From an uncultured delta proteobacterium (lineage in GTDB: Bacteria > Myxococcota_A > Polyangia > Fen-1088), in the NCBI GenBank assembly GCA_963767925.1, contig CAVYGB010000002.1:288001-352000 (forward strand): a DNA stretch of 64,000 nucleotides, given 5' to 3'. Of this stretch, positions 42,986-51,791 are shown piece by piece. A model generated the notes under the pieces. The model was not told where the DNA came from. It was given only the letters and a program-made list of their open reading frames with translations, and made no database searches. Each line of letters opens with the position of its first letter. The stretch's first letter is position 1. The position numbers and the translations under genes are program-made.

Positions 42986-44227
42986 TCATTCGAAATCCGC
43001 AGGTAGCAGGACACGGCGCCGCTTCTTGTAGGTGGTCGCGACTGGGGGGCTCCTGAGTTTGCAGTGTGGGCATCCCCGCCCCAGGACGAACCGGTTGTAG
43101 ACGTTTGACTCCCAGGCGTGTCCCCGAGAGCAGCGCCACCAAAATTTCTGCTTCTGGACCGTCGCTATCACTTGCGCGGGAGTTACCTTGCCGTTCAGGC
43201 TCGGATGCCAGTCCTGAGCCAGCGCTGGCGCTCTCGCCGCAATCGAGTTCGTGACCGACAGGCGCCGGTTCGCGCAGAACGGACAGTGAGCAGACCGTCC
43301 GTGAGCGCGCTGGTCTGGCTTCATTTGCCATTCGTGATCTGGTCCGACGTCGCACTTCCACCAGACCAGCTGAGTTGAACGCGCCGTCACGTCGTCGGGC
43401 GTGAGTCGACCGTTCTTGGTCGGGTGCCATTGCCCTGCCAGGTCCGGCCTGAGAACACTCAAAGAGGTGGACGGCACGACGCGGTGGTGGCTGCAGTATG
43501 GGCACCCGTGGCCCCTTCCGCCGAGGAAATTCCTTCGACGGTGGCTGACCGTGGCTTCCCACTCGTGCACAGCGTTCACCCGACAACGCCACCAGGCCTT
43601 ACGCTGCGAACCTGGCGAAACCGCTGTCGGTCCCAGGTGACCATTCTTGGTGGGATGCCAGTCGGCAGCCAGATCGGGAAACCGTGCGGCGAGGCTATTC
43701 GTTACGGATAGGCGATGGCCGGTGCAGAAGGGGCAGCTCGCACCGTCGACCGCGCGGTCGCGAACCATGGTGTCCCATTCGTGATCAGGACCAGCAAGAC
43801 ACTTCCACCACACGCGCCGATGCGACCGTGCCAATACGGTGTCGGGGGTCCGACTTACGTTCTTTAGCGGGTGCCATTCGGGAATCAGCTGGGGAGCAAC
43901 ATCCGCCACCGTTTTCCCTCGCGAGAAGAGCTCGGGAGAACAGACAGGACATTCGGGGCGGACGATCCTTTGCTGAGGACGAGCCTTCCACTGATGTCTC
44001 GGGTTGGCGGGGCACTGCCACCAAACCTTGACGTCGGCGCCGACGGTAATGAGACCCGGAGTCAGATCCCTGTTCTTGGACGGATGCCATTGCTTGGCGA
44101 GGTAGGGCGCCAGAACGAGTAGGGTTCGGGGAGGACGTCGCGCACGCACGGCCGGACCCCTCGGTCTTGGTTTCGGTTTGCGAGCGACTTGCGTCGGCGC
44201 AAGTGTTGAGGTGCGCGAGGTTCTCAC
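42986..44227 (-). CDS. Protein with five zinc-ribbon (DUF4379-like treble-clef) repeats
   Basis: Five copies of WHPxxN...WWxC...HxW...CPxC. Confidence 0.85.
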   Translation of the reverse strand: MRTSRTSTLAPTQVARKPKPRPRGPAVRARRPPRTLLVLAPYLAKQWHPSKNRDLTPGLITVGADVKVWWQCPANPRHQWKARPQQRIVRPECPVCSPELFSRGKTVADVAPQLIPEWHPLKNVSRTPDTVLARSHRRVWWKCLAGPDHEWDTMVRDRAVDGASCPFCTGHRLSVTNSLAARFPDLAADWHPTKNGHLGPTAVSPGSQRKAWWRCRVNAVHEWEATVSHRRRNFLGGRGHGCPYCSHHRVVPSTSLSVLRPDLAGQWHPTKNGRLTPDDVTARSTQLVWWKCDVGPDHEWQMKPDQRAHGRSAHCPFCANRRLSVTNSIAARAPALAQDWHPSLNGKVTPAQVIATVQKQKFWWRCSRGHAWESNVYNRFVLGRGCPHCKLRSPPVATTYKKRRRVLLPADFE

Positions 44228-44580
44228 GAGTCACATGGTGGCGACTGACCGCCCCGCGACCAGGGGATAGGAGGGCTCGTCAGCGTCAGCGATGTTAGGC
44301 GATCGCGATCGACGTCGCCATCAAGTGAGTTGACGCCAGACGGAGGGCTGCAGCCCGTGGGCAGCGATGGCTGTCTTTTCGGCCCGGTTGGGCGCCTACT
44401 CTTGGCCTGGCGCGGCACCTGCCTTGGTCGGGGTGAGCTCTTCGACACCGCGCCGTCGGCGACTGTCGGCGACCGTCGGCCGACAGCGCGGCGCTACCGC
44501 CTTCGGAGAAGCCTCCCTTTGATCCCGGAGCACATGGCCGTCGCCCTTAGACTTCAGCCTCTTTTGATCCCCAGGTGGGC

Positions 44581-44596
44581 AGGCACGCCCCTTGCG
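44581..44596 (+). promoter_or_regulatory. Candidate sigma54 -24/-12 promoter
   Basis: AGGCACGCCCCTTGCG has GG-N10-GC spacing (consensus TGGCACG-N4-TTGC) and lies about 115 bp before ATG 44710. Confidence 0.55.
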
Positions 44597-44709
44597 AAGG
44601 ACTGGTTTGTCATCGAGCAGATAGAGACGCATGGCCGACCAGGACCATGGACGAACAGGTACTGAACAAACCCTGCCGGGGCACCATTGCAGAAGAAAGG
44701 GATCTCAAC

Positions 44710-45057
44710 ATGAACACTATTTCGAATGGAGCTGTTGGACTGAACAATCTCAATCACGTGGAGGATTTCAGCGGGGACGTCAGGGACATCGAGTTTTCTT
44801 CGGACGAAGGCGCCTACAAAGCTCCGTGCGACGGGGTAGATCCCGAAACGCCAGTTCAAGCCAGCATTTTCACCGACCTTATCTTCGGCAAGCTCCTCGA
44901 GTTTGCGATCGAGAAGGGGTTCGAAGTGGCCAAGGACGGACTGCAGGCCGCGAAGGGTGCACTCAAGGCCGCCGGTGAGGTTGCGGTGAAGGTGGCTGAG
45001 AATGCTGGACGCGGTGCCGGAGCACCTCCAGGCGTCGCTGCTCCGCCATCGAAGTAG
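44710..45057 (+). CDS. 115-aa protein with acidic N-half and amphipathic helical C-half (possible peptide precursor)
   Basis: Purine-rich RBS; MNTISNGAV...PVQA-SIFTDLIFGKLLEFAIEKGFEVAKDGLQAAKGALKAAGEVAVKVAE. Confidence 0.65.
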   Translation: MNTISNGAVGLNNLNHVEDFSGDVRDIEFSSDEGAYKAPCDGVDPETPVQASIFTDLIFGKLLEFAIEKGFEVAKDGLQAAKGALKAAGEVAVKVAENAGRGAGAPPGVAAPPSK

Positions 45058-45068
45058 AGGGACCTCCG

Positions 45069-45857
45069 ATGGAACGCCGGACCCCCGCCATGATCGCCCA
45101 GAGTTTCTGGGCGGTCGCTGCTACCGTCGGCTGGCTGGTGCTCGGCGGGGTCTCGCGTCTGTGTGGAGGCGTCTGGGGATTGCTATGGCTGCTGATGCTG
45201 ACGGCTCTCTTCGTCCGGAGGTACGTCGGGCGGGCGGGCGGGCGAGAGGGAGTCCTACTCCGAGCACGCCTCTCGAGGCGCTCTCTGAGGGTCCTCGTTC
45301 TTGGGCTCGCCGCTCTCACTCTGGCCGTGTGGGGGTTCTGGTTCTTCTTCTCCGCGACCTTCTTCAGGACAGGGCAATCCGGCGCGGCGTTGCCGCTGGA
45401 GATGCAACAGTCCACCGGGCTGATGCGCGCCCTCTACGACGCTCTCGTGTTTGCGCCCATCGTCGAAGAATTCGGCTTTCGAGGACGGTTGTTACGCGCG
45501 CTGAGAACAGGCTTCAGGCCGCTGCTGGCAGTGGTGATCTCCGCGCTCGTCTTCGCCTGCCTTCACCTTCAGCTGTGGGGGTTTCCTATGCGGTTCTTCC
45601 TGGGCCTCGTCTGCGGGATGGCCGTGTACCGAAGCCGGTCGATCTGGATGGCAGTCGTACTTCATGCGTTCAGCAACGGGCAGGCTGCTGCGGTCGCGTT
45701 TCTCGGGGCAAAGGTGGGTTTCTTGGCCTGGGGTACGCCTGCTCTGATGGGGAGCGCGGCGGTTCTCTGGCTGATAGCCGCCCTGTGCGCCATGGCGCTC
45801 TGGCGATATCGCCCCGCGGACCGAGATTCACGTTTCGAGGTTTCGGCTGTCGTCTAG
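45069..45857 (+). CDS. CPBP (CAAX/Abi) intramembrane glutamic endopeptidase
   Basis: EEFGFRG, FACLH and LHAFSN motifs; multiple TMs. Confidence 0.9.
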   Translation: MERRTPAMIAQSFWAVAATVGWLVLGGVSRLCGGVWGLLWLLMLTALFVRRYVGRAGGREGVLLRARLSRRSLRVLVLGLAALTLAVWGFWFFFSATFFRTGQSGAALPLEMQQSTGLMRALYDALVFAPIVEEFGFRGRLLRALRTGFRPLLAVVISALVFACLHLQLWGFPMRFFLGLVCGMAVYRSRSIWMAVVLHAFSNGQAAAVAFLGAKVGFLAWGTPALMGSAAVLWLIAALCAMALWRYRPADRDSRFEVSAVV

Positions 45858-45946
45858 CAGGCCGTTCACACCGGGACCGCCTGGATCACCTCGCTCGGCT
45901 TGCCGGGCGCCGGAGCGTGCGCCGGAATCGGTGTGCTCGCCGCGGG

Positions 45947-46135
45947 TCAGGAGGCCATGCGGCGGCGGTCGTCGTGGGCGGGGCCCGGCATCAGGGGGAA
46001 AGCGCGGATCCGGAAGGCGTCGGTGCCAAAGCGACCGCAGGCCCAGTCGAAGGCGTCCTCGAGCGAGGCGAACGCCGCCGTGGGCGCGCGCTCGCCCTCC
46101 TTGAAGATCGCGAAATACAGAACCTCGTCGTCCAT
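45947..46135 (-). CDS. Small hypothetical protein (62 aa)
   Basis: MDDEVLYFAIFKEGERAPTAAFASLEDAFDWACGRFG; globular-looking composition. Confidence 0.5.
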   Translation of the reverse strand: MDDEVLYFAIFKEGERAPTAAFASLEDAFDWACGRFGTDAFRIRAFPLMPGPAHDDRRRMAS

Positions 46136-46350
46136 CTCTGGACTTCCAACGGGACTGTTCATGGGTGCCGATCGATGGCAGCAGTCCGGGCGGCCGTCAA
46201 CGGCCCGCGCGTTCACGATTGGACGTAAACAGGATCGGCCGCTTTTTCCCGGGATTTCCTGGCAAGGATGCCCCCGGGTCGCGCGCCTGCCGGAGCGACC
46301 GCGGGCGTGCCGACGAGGCGAGTCAGTCCGGAACGCAGCAAAGTAATTCG

Positions 46351-46734
46351 TCAGGTGCCGGACGGGCGGCCGTGGTCGGCGCACTTGCGCAGCATCCCGG
46401 TGAGCTTGTCGAACCGGAGCGGCTTGCCCACCAGCGGCAGCCGGGCCATCGCCGCGGGAACCGTCCCGGCGGTCATCACCGCGATGGGGATGCGGGCCAG
46501 GTCCGGGTCGTCGAGCTGGCGGGCCCGGAACTCGAGTCCGTCCATCACCGGCATCATCAGGTCGAGCAGGATCAGGCAGGGGGGGGGATGCTTGCCCGAG
46601 CGGAGCTGGGCCAGCGCCACCTCCCCGTTGCCCGCGCACGTGACCCGATAGCCCTCATCGGTGAGGGCCACGACGAGGGCATCTCGGATGCCTTCGTCGT
46701 CGTCGACGATCAAGACGCAACAGCCGTCCGGCAT
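46351..46734 (-). CDS. Single-domain response regulator
   Basis: VLIVDDD, LLDLMMPVMDG, VMTA and KP motifs. Confidence 0.92.
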   Translation of the reverse strand: MPDGCCVLIVDDDEGIRDALVVALTDEGYRVTCAGNGEVALAQLRSGKHPPPCLILLDLMMPVMDGLEFRARQLDDPDLARIPIAVMTAGTVPAAMARLPLVGKPLRFDKLTGMLRKCADHGRPSGT

Positions 46735-46844
46735 GGGGCGCCTTTGAAGCATACCCCTGATGCGAGCCGGACCGGCTGTTCGCGTGCTCGAAAATCGTGA
46801 TCACCCTGACTTTAAAAGGATGACCTGTCGGGTGTCTGCCGCAC

Positions 46845-47024
46845 TCACGTCAGACGGCGGCGGTGCCCGGAGTGCCCGGAGAAGGCCGCCACGGCCACCA
46901 GCACGAGCGCGGCGGCGAGGGCGAGGTTGGCGAAGCCAGCGGCACCCTGGACCACCCCGAGGAAGCCCAGCGCGAGAGAAGCCAGACCCACCACGAACAA
47001 CACCAGAGCGTAGAACATCAACAT
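46845..47024 (-). CDS. Small two-TM membrane protein, DUF1328/YtjA-like
   Basis: MLMFYALVLFVVGLASLALGFLGVVQGAAGFA...; AGGAGG RBS. Confidence 0.7.
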   Translation of the reverse strand: MLMFYALVLFVVGLASLALGFLGVVQGAAGFANLALAAALVLVAVAAFSGHSGHRRRLT

Positions 47025-47197
47025 CCATCCACCTCCTGTCAGCGGATCCTGCAGGCTGCGTGCCACCGCGCCGGAGAGGAAGACGACGGCATCCCGGGCC
47101 TTTCGCGCGCGGAGCGGCGCTGGATCCGTTACCGGGCGCGGACCGGGCGGTGCGGGTAACGAAAGGCGTCGGTGGAGGTCCCCACGGCGGGGAGGGA

Positions 47198-48820
47198 TCA
47201 GGACGGCCGCAGGCCGCCCACCTCGCGCCATACAACCTCGCGCACCTTGACCAGCAGCTCCTCGACCGAAAATGGTTTCTCGAGCCAGAGGTTCGGGCTG
47301 CGCTCCCGGAAGGACTGCACCTCGGCCACCAGGGCCGCCCCCGTCATGAAGACGATGCGCGTCTCGAGCCCCGGGTAGCGCCGCTGCACCTCCCGCCAGA
47401 ACTGGATGCCGTTCATGTCGGGCATCATGACGTCGCAGAGGATGGCCTGGTAGACGCGGCCGCTGGCCAGCGCGCGCAGGCCCTCGCGCGCGCTGGGCGC
47501 CTTGTCGACCATGTGCTCCTGCGACAGGATGCGCTCGGTTGTCGAAAGCACCAGGCTGTCGTCGTCGATGGCCAGCACCCGGGTCGACCGGAACGCGGGA
47601 TCGGAGCGGACGGCGTCGGCGCCGGTGCGATCGGCGCCGCCCTCGGCCCGGGGGCCGCGCAGGCGCTGGGCCGGCAGGGAGACCCGGAAGGTGGTGCCCG
47701 ACCCCGGCAGGCTGTCGAGCGCGATGCTGCCGCCGTGCTCGTTGATGATGTCGCGGCAGACGGTCAGGCCGATGCCGGTCCCCTTGAACCGGCCCTTGGT
47801 GGTGAAGAAGGGGTCGAACACGCGCGGCTGCAGCTCGGCCGGGATGCCGACGCCGGTGTCGCTGACCTCGATGGTGACGAGCTCGCCGGCCGCGGCGGTG
47901 CTGACGACGATCTCGTTGGACGCGTAGGCCTCGCTGGGGATCGACTGGGCGGCGTTGACCAGGAGGTTGAGCATCACCTGCCCCAGCCGCATGGCGTCCC
48001 CCGCCACCGGCGGCACCGCCTGCAGCTCGACGCGCAGGGGGGCGCGGTGCCGGATCTCGTTGGAGACCATCGCCACCGAGGTGCGCACCACCTCGTTGAC
48101 GTCGACGAGGGAGAAGGGCACCTCGGACTGCCGGGACAGCGCCTGCAGGGTCGCCACCACCGCCCGGATCCGCTCGGCCCCGATGCGGATGTCGCCCAGC
48201 AGGTCGGTCAGCTCGCCGACCAGGCCGGCGCTGGCCGGGTCGACGGCCCCCGCCAGGCGGCTCTGCATCAGCTCCACGTTGCCGAGCACGTAGGTGAGCG
48301 GGTTGTTTATCTCGTGGCCCACGCTGGCGGCGATGGTGCCGAGGGTGGTCAGGAGCTGGGTCTGCTTGAGCGTCTCCTCGACCTGCCGGCGCCGCTGCTC
48401 GAGCAGGACGCGCTCGACCGCGACAAGGAGCTGGTCGGGCTGGAACGGCTTGCGCAGGTAATAGTCGGCGTCGATGGCCTCGGCCTGGGGGCTGCCGTCG
48501 GCGGAGACGGCGATGACCGGGATGGCCGCCAGCCGGGGGTGGGCCCGCTGGACCGTACGGAAGCGCCAGCCGTCCATGACCGGCATCCGCAGATCGAGGA
48601 CGATGAGGTCGACGGTGCGGTCCTCGAGGCGCTCGAGCGCCTCCTTGCCGTCGCCCGCCAGGAGCACGTCGTAACCCTCGTCGTGCAGCAGCTCGCCCAT
48701 CACCCGGGCCACCTCCGGCTCGTCCTCGACAATGAGGATGGCCTCCCCCCCGCGACCCTCGGCGCGGCGGCTGGGTCCCGGCTCTGCGGCCACCTCGGCT
48801 GCTGACAGGTGGTAGGTCAT
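47198..48820 (-). CDS. Hybrid REC-HisKA-HATPase-REC histidine kinase
   Basis: LDLRMP; GHEINNPL; NLLVNAAQ; FFTTK..GTGIGL; CDVMMP. Start uncertain. Confidence 0.93.
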   Translation of the reverse strand: MTYHLSAAEVAAEPGPSRRAEGRGGEAILIVEDEPEVARVMGELLHDEGYDVLLAGDGKEALERLEDRTVDLIVLDLRMPVMDGWRFRTVQRAHPRLAAIPVIAVSADGSPQAEAIDADYYLRKPFQPDQLLVAVERVLLEQRRRQVEETLKQTQLLTTLGTIAASVGHEINNPLTYVLGNVELMQSRLAGAVDPASAGLVGELTDLLGDIRIGAERIRAVVATLQALSRQSEVPFSLVDVNEVVRTSVAMVSNEIRHRAPLRVELQAVPPVAGDAMRLGQVMLNLLVNAAQSIPSEAYASNEIVVSTAAAGELVTIEVSDTGVGIPAELQPRVFDPFFTTKGRFKGTGIGLTVCRDIINEHGGSIALDSLPGSGTTFRVSLPAQRLRGPRAEGGADRTGADAVRSDPAFRSTRVLAIDDDSLVLSTTERILSQEHMVDKAPSAREGLRALASGRVYQAILCDVMMPDMNGIQFWREVQRRYPGLETRIVFMTGAALVAEVQSFRERSPNLWLEKPFSVEELLVKVREVVWREVGGLRPS

Positions 48821-49099
48821 GAAATACCTCGGGGGCCACATTGTTTCAGGCTCCACCGGACGAGCAAGCACCATCGTCGGGTGCAAACGTGTGGGGCAAT
48901 TCCGGACCAGACCGCACCCATCAGGGCAGTCAGGGCCCATCGAGTCGGCGGTGAGGCCGGGCCGGACCAGGGCCGCGCGCCCGGCGGGCGGGATCGCAGT
49001 CCGGCGAAGGTCCACCAGGCGCAGCAGCGGCAAGCGTCGCAGGAGGGGGACCACCCCGTCGTCATCAGGCAGGAAACCGGCGGTTTCCCGCGAGTGGGG

Positions 49100-50083
49100 T
49101 CACAGCGTCAGGAGGGTGGCGGCGGCCAGGGGGGCCAGGAGGGCGGCGGCGAGCGCGAGGGCGTCTTTGCGGGGCAGGCGCTGGCCGGCCTCGCGGGGCT
49201 CGGCGCGGGGGAACTGGCGGAGCAGGATGGCCCGGGTGGGCAGGAAGAAGATGGCCAGCAGCGCGCTGCCGGCGACGCCAGCCTGCACCGTGCCGCTGTC
49301 CACCAGGCCCTGCACGACGGCCCGGAAGCCCTCGGTCTGCTCGGCGTAGTCCCAGGTGGCCGCCACCCAGGCCAGGCTGGCCCGCGACACGAGCACGCCG
49401 GCCACGAACAGCATCGCCCCGCTGACCAGCAGGCGCGACAGCGCGCGCAGCCGCCTGTCGATCGCGGCGGCGGTCGGCTCGACGGGCAGGATCACCAGGG
49501 CGGTCATCGCCAGCCCGCCGACGATCGCCACCGACTCCCAGAGCCGGCGCACGACGACGGCGCCGCCGCGGATGCGATCGCAGGCGTCGTAGGGGAGGGT
49601 CGCCAGCAGGGCGGCCGGCAAGCCCCCGCCGCGCGCCGCGAGGATCCACTGGTAAAGCGCGATGGCCACCGCCCCCAGCCCCATCAGGGTCCAGAACCCG
49701 ACCCGCAGCGCGGGCGGCGCGGGGGCGATTGTGTCGCGCTCGACCGCGATGATGGCCAGGAAGGCCGCCACCAGGGCGATGGCTGCGCACACGGCGACCA
49801 GCGCCACCATGGCCACCCAGTGGCTCTGGGCGGCGTAGAGCGTGAGCGCCTCGCTGGCCGCCCCCGCCCCCCACTGGCACACCGGCTCGAGCCGCAGGTC
49901 CCTCAGGGCCGGGACGGGCCTGAAGGAGCTGAGCAACCAGCACAGCCCCGTCGCCGCCACCGCCGCCGCGACGAACAACCCCACCCCCGGCGCCGCCGGC
50001 CGCAACGCCTGCCACACCGCCAGCACCCGATCGCTGCGATAGGTGCGGGTCGCCTCTTCTTCCGTCGCGTCGTCCTCGGCCAT
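49100..50083 (-). CDS. Multi-pass membrane protein of unknown function
   Basis: About 7 hydrophobic segments; co-oriented just downstream of the halogenase. Confidence 0.65.
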   Translation of the reverse strand: MAEDDATEEEATRTYRSDRVLAVWQALRPAAPGVGLFVAAAVAATGLCWLLSSFRPVPALRDLRLEPVCQWGAGAASEALTLYAAQSHWVAMVALVAVCAAIALVAAFLAIIAVERDTIAPAPPALRVGFWTLMGLGAVAIALYQWILAARGGGLPAALLATLPYDACDRIRGGAVVVRRLWESVAIVGGLAMTALVILPVEPTAAAIDRRLRALSRLLVSGAMLFVAGVLVSRASLAWVAATWDYAEQTEGFRAVVQGLVDSGTVQAGVAGSALLAIFFLPTRAILLRQFPRAEPREAGQRLPRKDALALAAALLAPLAAATLLTL

Positions 50084-50159
50084 CAGACCCCATCACCTTA
50101 CCGCAATTCCCCCGCCCTACCCGAGCGGTCCATCGCCGTCCCCCGGACGGGCGCTTCGC

Positions 50160-51742
50160 TCAGGGATGCGCTTTGGCGGCGGCGTGGAGGGCGCGGAGGT
50201 ATTGGTAGTGGCTGGGCATCGCGGCGGCGACCTGCTCGATCTGGGTGGTCATCTCGGCCAGCAGCGCGCGGGCGGGGGTGTCGTCGATCTGGTCGAGGAC
50301 GGGGGGGAGCGGCGGAAGGGGTAGCCCATGCCAGAGAGGATGCAGGCGAAGCTGCGGGTCTCGAACAGCCGCACCGCGGTGCCTTCGGGCATGATGACGC
50401 CCTCGGCGAAGCGGTCGATCTTGGCCTGCAGGCTGTCGGGGACCGGGGCAGCCCGCACCTGGCGCCAGAACTCGGTGTCGTCGCGATCGGTGAGGCAGTA
50501 GTGCAGGACGATGAAGTCGCGCACGTCCTGGAAGGCGTCGAGGATGAGCTCGTTGTAGCGCCGGCGGCGCTGCTCGTCGAAGTCGCTGTCCGGGAGCTGC
50601 TGCAAGAGGCAGGCGATCTCGTATTCGATGAGGAAGATGGTCGTCGATTCGAGGGGCTCGACGAAGCAAGAGGACAGGCCGATGGCCACCACGTTGTTGA
50701 CCCAGGACCGCCGGTGGTGACCCACCCGCATCTTGATGTGGTTGGCCTTGACGCCGTCCTGAGCCCGGGGGCCCATGAAGCGACGCAAGGTCTCCTCGGC
50801 CTCGCTGGCGGTGGTGGTCTTGCTGCAGTAGACGTAGCCGCTGCCGTCCCGGTGATAAAGCGGGATCTCCCAGATCCAGCCGTGCCCCTGGGCGTTGGCC
50901 TGGGTGTAAGGTCGCAGGTCGTTCTTCTCGGGGTCGTTGTTCGAGGGGAGGGCCACCGCCGAGTCGCACAGGAGGTAGTCGTTGGCGCTGACGAAGGGCT
51001 CCTTCAGGGCGCCCTCGATCAGCAGGGCCCGGAAGCCTGAACAGTCGATGAACAGCTCCCCCTCGACGACGGGACCTTGCTCGGTGTGCAGCCGGCTGAC
51101 GTGGCCCTTGTCGTCGAGCTCGACCCGTTGCACGTCGGCGATGACGTGTTTGACCCCCCGGCCGACCGCCAGCTCGCGCAGGTACTGGGCGATGAGGGCG
51201 GCGTCGAACTGGTAGGCATAGGCGAATCCCGGATCGGGAACGCCCGAGCCCGGCAAGGGACGCGGCGACTTGTTGAGCTCGCACAGGCGCTGCAGGGGAT
51301 TGGTCACTTCGCCAAAGGTGCGGCGGTCCCCGGCCATCCAGTTGCGTAGCCAGTAGTGCACCGTGGAAAACCCCTGCCCCATGCGCACGAAATAGGGGCG
51401 CTCCCAGGGGGTGGCGAAGGGCTCGGGGTGGACGAAAAACGGGTGGTAGTAGCTGTGCTCGGGCTGCCCGGGCTGGCGTTTCTTCCAGTTGACGAACTTC
51501 ACCGCGGACTTGAAAGTGGCGTTGCACTTCGGCATCCAGTCCGCCTCGTCCATGCCGATGAAGGCGAAGGTGTTGCGCAGGGTGGGCACGGTGGCCTCCC
51601 CGACCCCGATGCGGCCGATGCGCTCGGACTCCACGACGGTAATCTCGACCCGCCGACCCAGCGCCCGGTTCAGATAGGCGGCCGCGGTCCAGCCAGCGGT
51701 GCCGCCGCCCACGATTACGATCGAACGGATGGGACGACCCAT
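50160..51742 (-). CDS. Flavin-dependent halogenase (tryptophan halogenase family) with a 1-bp frameshift near the C-terminus
   Basis: GGGTAG, GVGEAT, ATFK, FIDCSGF, WIWEIP and FVEPLEST motifs. The C-terminus VLDQIDD...MPSHYQYL lies in another frame after the G7 run at 50301-50307. Confidence 0.92.
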
Positions 51743-51791
51743 GATGCGCTCCTTCGGCAAGAGGTTGTGCGGGGCGGGTACCCCGCCCGGA

